Assembly (NCBI GenBank): GCA_008632985.1
Contig: QPGO01000029.1
Location: 384,874 to 448,873, forward strand
Origin: Psammoneis japonica
Lineage: Eukaryota
Direction of reading: 5' to 3'
Length of the DNA stretch: 64,000 nucleotides
Both the position numbers and the translations under genes were made by a program. Under the pieces are notes generated by a model. The model did no database searches. It saw only the letters and a program-made list of their open reading frames with translations, and was not told where the DNA came from. Positions 63,377 through 64,000 of this stretch are shown here, piece after piece; position 1 is the first letter of the stretch; the number at the start of each line of letters is the position of its first letter.

Positions 63377-64000
63377 ATGTCGTCGTCAACTCTTATGGAC
63401 ATGGATCTCGACAAGGACGAGGATCATCCTCGTCGTCTCGTGTCGTTATCTCATCACATCTTGGCCTATGGAGGAGACAATGGCACCATTTCCATGCTTA
63501 CTTCTTCCAATAAATTCCAAACGGTGCGTCGGTTTGATGATGCGGTACGGGCCGTGGCCGTATCACACGACGCCAAACGAATTGCGGTGGGATTTGAGGA
63601 TGGATCGACCACCGTATTTTGTTATGATGACTATATCGACAAGACAGAGCCACACCCCTTTTGCTCTTCAACAAGCAATGACGACGATGACATTGCCGAC
63701 GCGTTTTTATCGCAACCCGACGACGAAACTCACGAAACATCCTTTCCGGGACCCCGTTTCGATTGTCCTGTACGGTGTTTGGAATTTGATCCACGCAATT
63801 ATCACTTGGCGATTGCATCCGAGTCAGGCTTTTGCATTGTGGATGCCACTTCTGCCCAAGCCTTGCAAGCCTTTGGCCGTCAACTTGCCGACGTGGGTGA
63901 TCAAGAACACGCATCGTGTGGTATACGAGGCTTGGCGTATACGACTACCACTGACAAGATGGTCTTGTTGTTTACACTGGACATGGACGGCCGTCTCTGT
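63377..64000 (+). CDS. WD40-repeat protein, 5' part only and frameshifted (possibly WDHD1/Ctf4-like)
   Basis: Manual translation gives VRRFDDAVRAVAVS, KRIAVGFEDGST, FDCPVRCLEFDP and HLAIASESG. Confidence 0.55.
   Translation, partial: MSSSTLMDMDLDKDEDHPRRLVSLSHHILAYGGDNGTISMLTSSNKFQTVRRFDDAVRAVAVSHDAKRIAVGFEDGSTTVFCYDDYIDKTEPHPFCSSTSNDDDDIADAFLSQPDDETHETSFPGPRFDCPVRCLEFDPRNYHLAIASESGFCIVDATSAQALQAFGRQLADVGDQEHASCGIRGLAYTTTTDKMVLLFTLDMDGRLC

Overview
Eukaryotic DNA, most likely from a pennate diatom (inferred from CoDi-type copia elements, a bipartite plastid leader and short GT-AG introns). Ordinary gene islands encode a ZW10-like protein, an ammonium transporter, an FG-GAP-type beta-propeller membrane protein, a secreted LamG protein, a helicase-associated-domain protein, a plastid rubredoxin-like protein, a PPR protein, delta-COP and a WD40 protein. 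They alternate with three transposon blocks (about 4.8-13.4, 15.6-36.6 and 38.5-54.0 kb). The main observation is a transposon-restricted, strand-symmetric loss of TpA by TA->TG and TA->CA, i.e. A->G at TpA on either strand, the reverse of fungal RIP. Three lines of evidence support it. (1) Seven of the eight substitutions between the two LTRs of a young copia element are at TpA and none destroys a CpG. (2) Conserved Tyr codons in gag, integrase and RNase H have become Cys or His. (3) One TTAA target-site copy of a piggyBac-like MITE reads TTGA. Older relics have lost both TA and CG, which produces hundreds of spurious Cys/His-rich ORFs. The candidate explanation is an undescribed genome-defence mutator. 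The assembly has many 1-nt indels in host genes, so a base-calling artefact at a modified base must be excluded. All dinucleotide statements are by eye, not computed.
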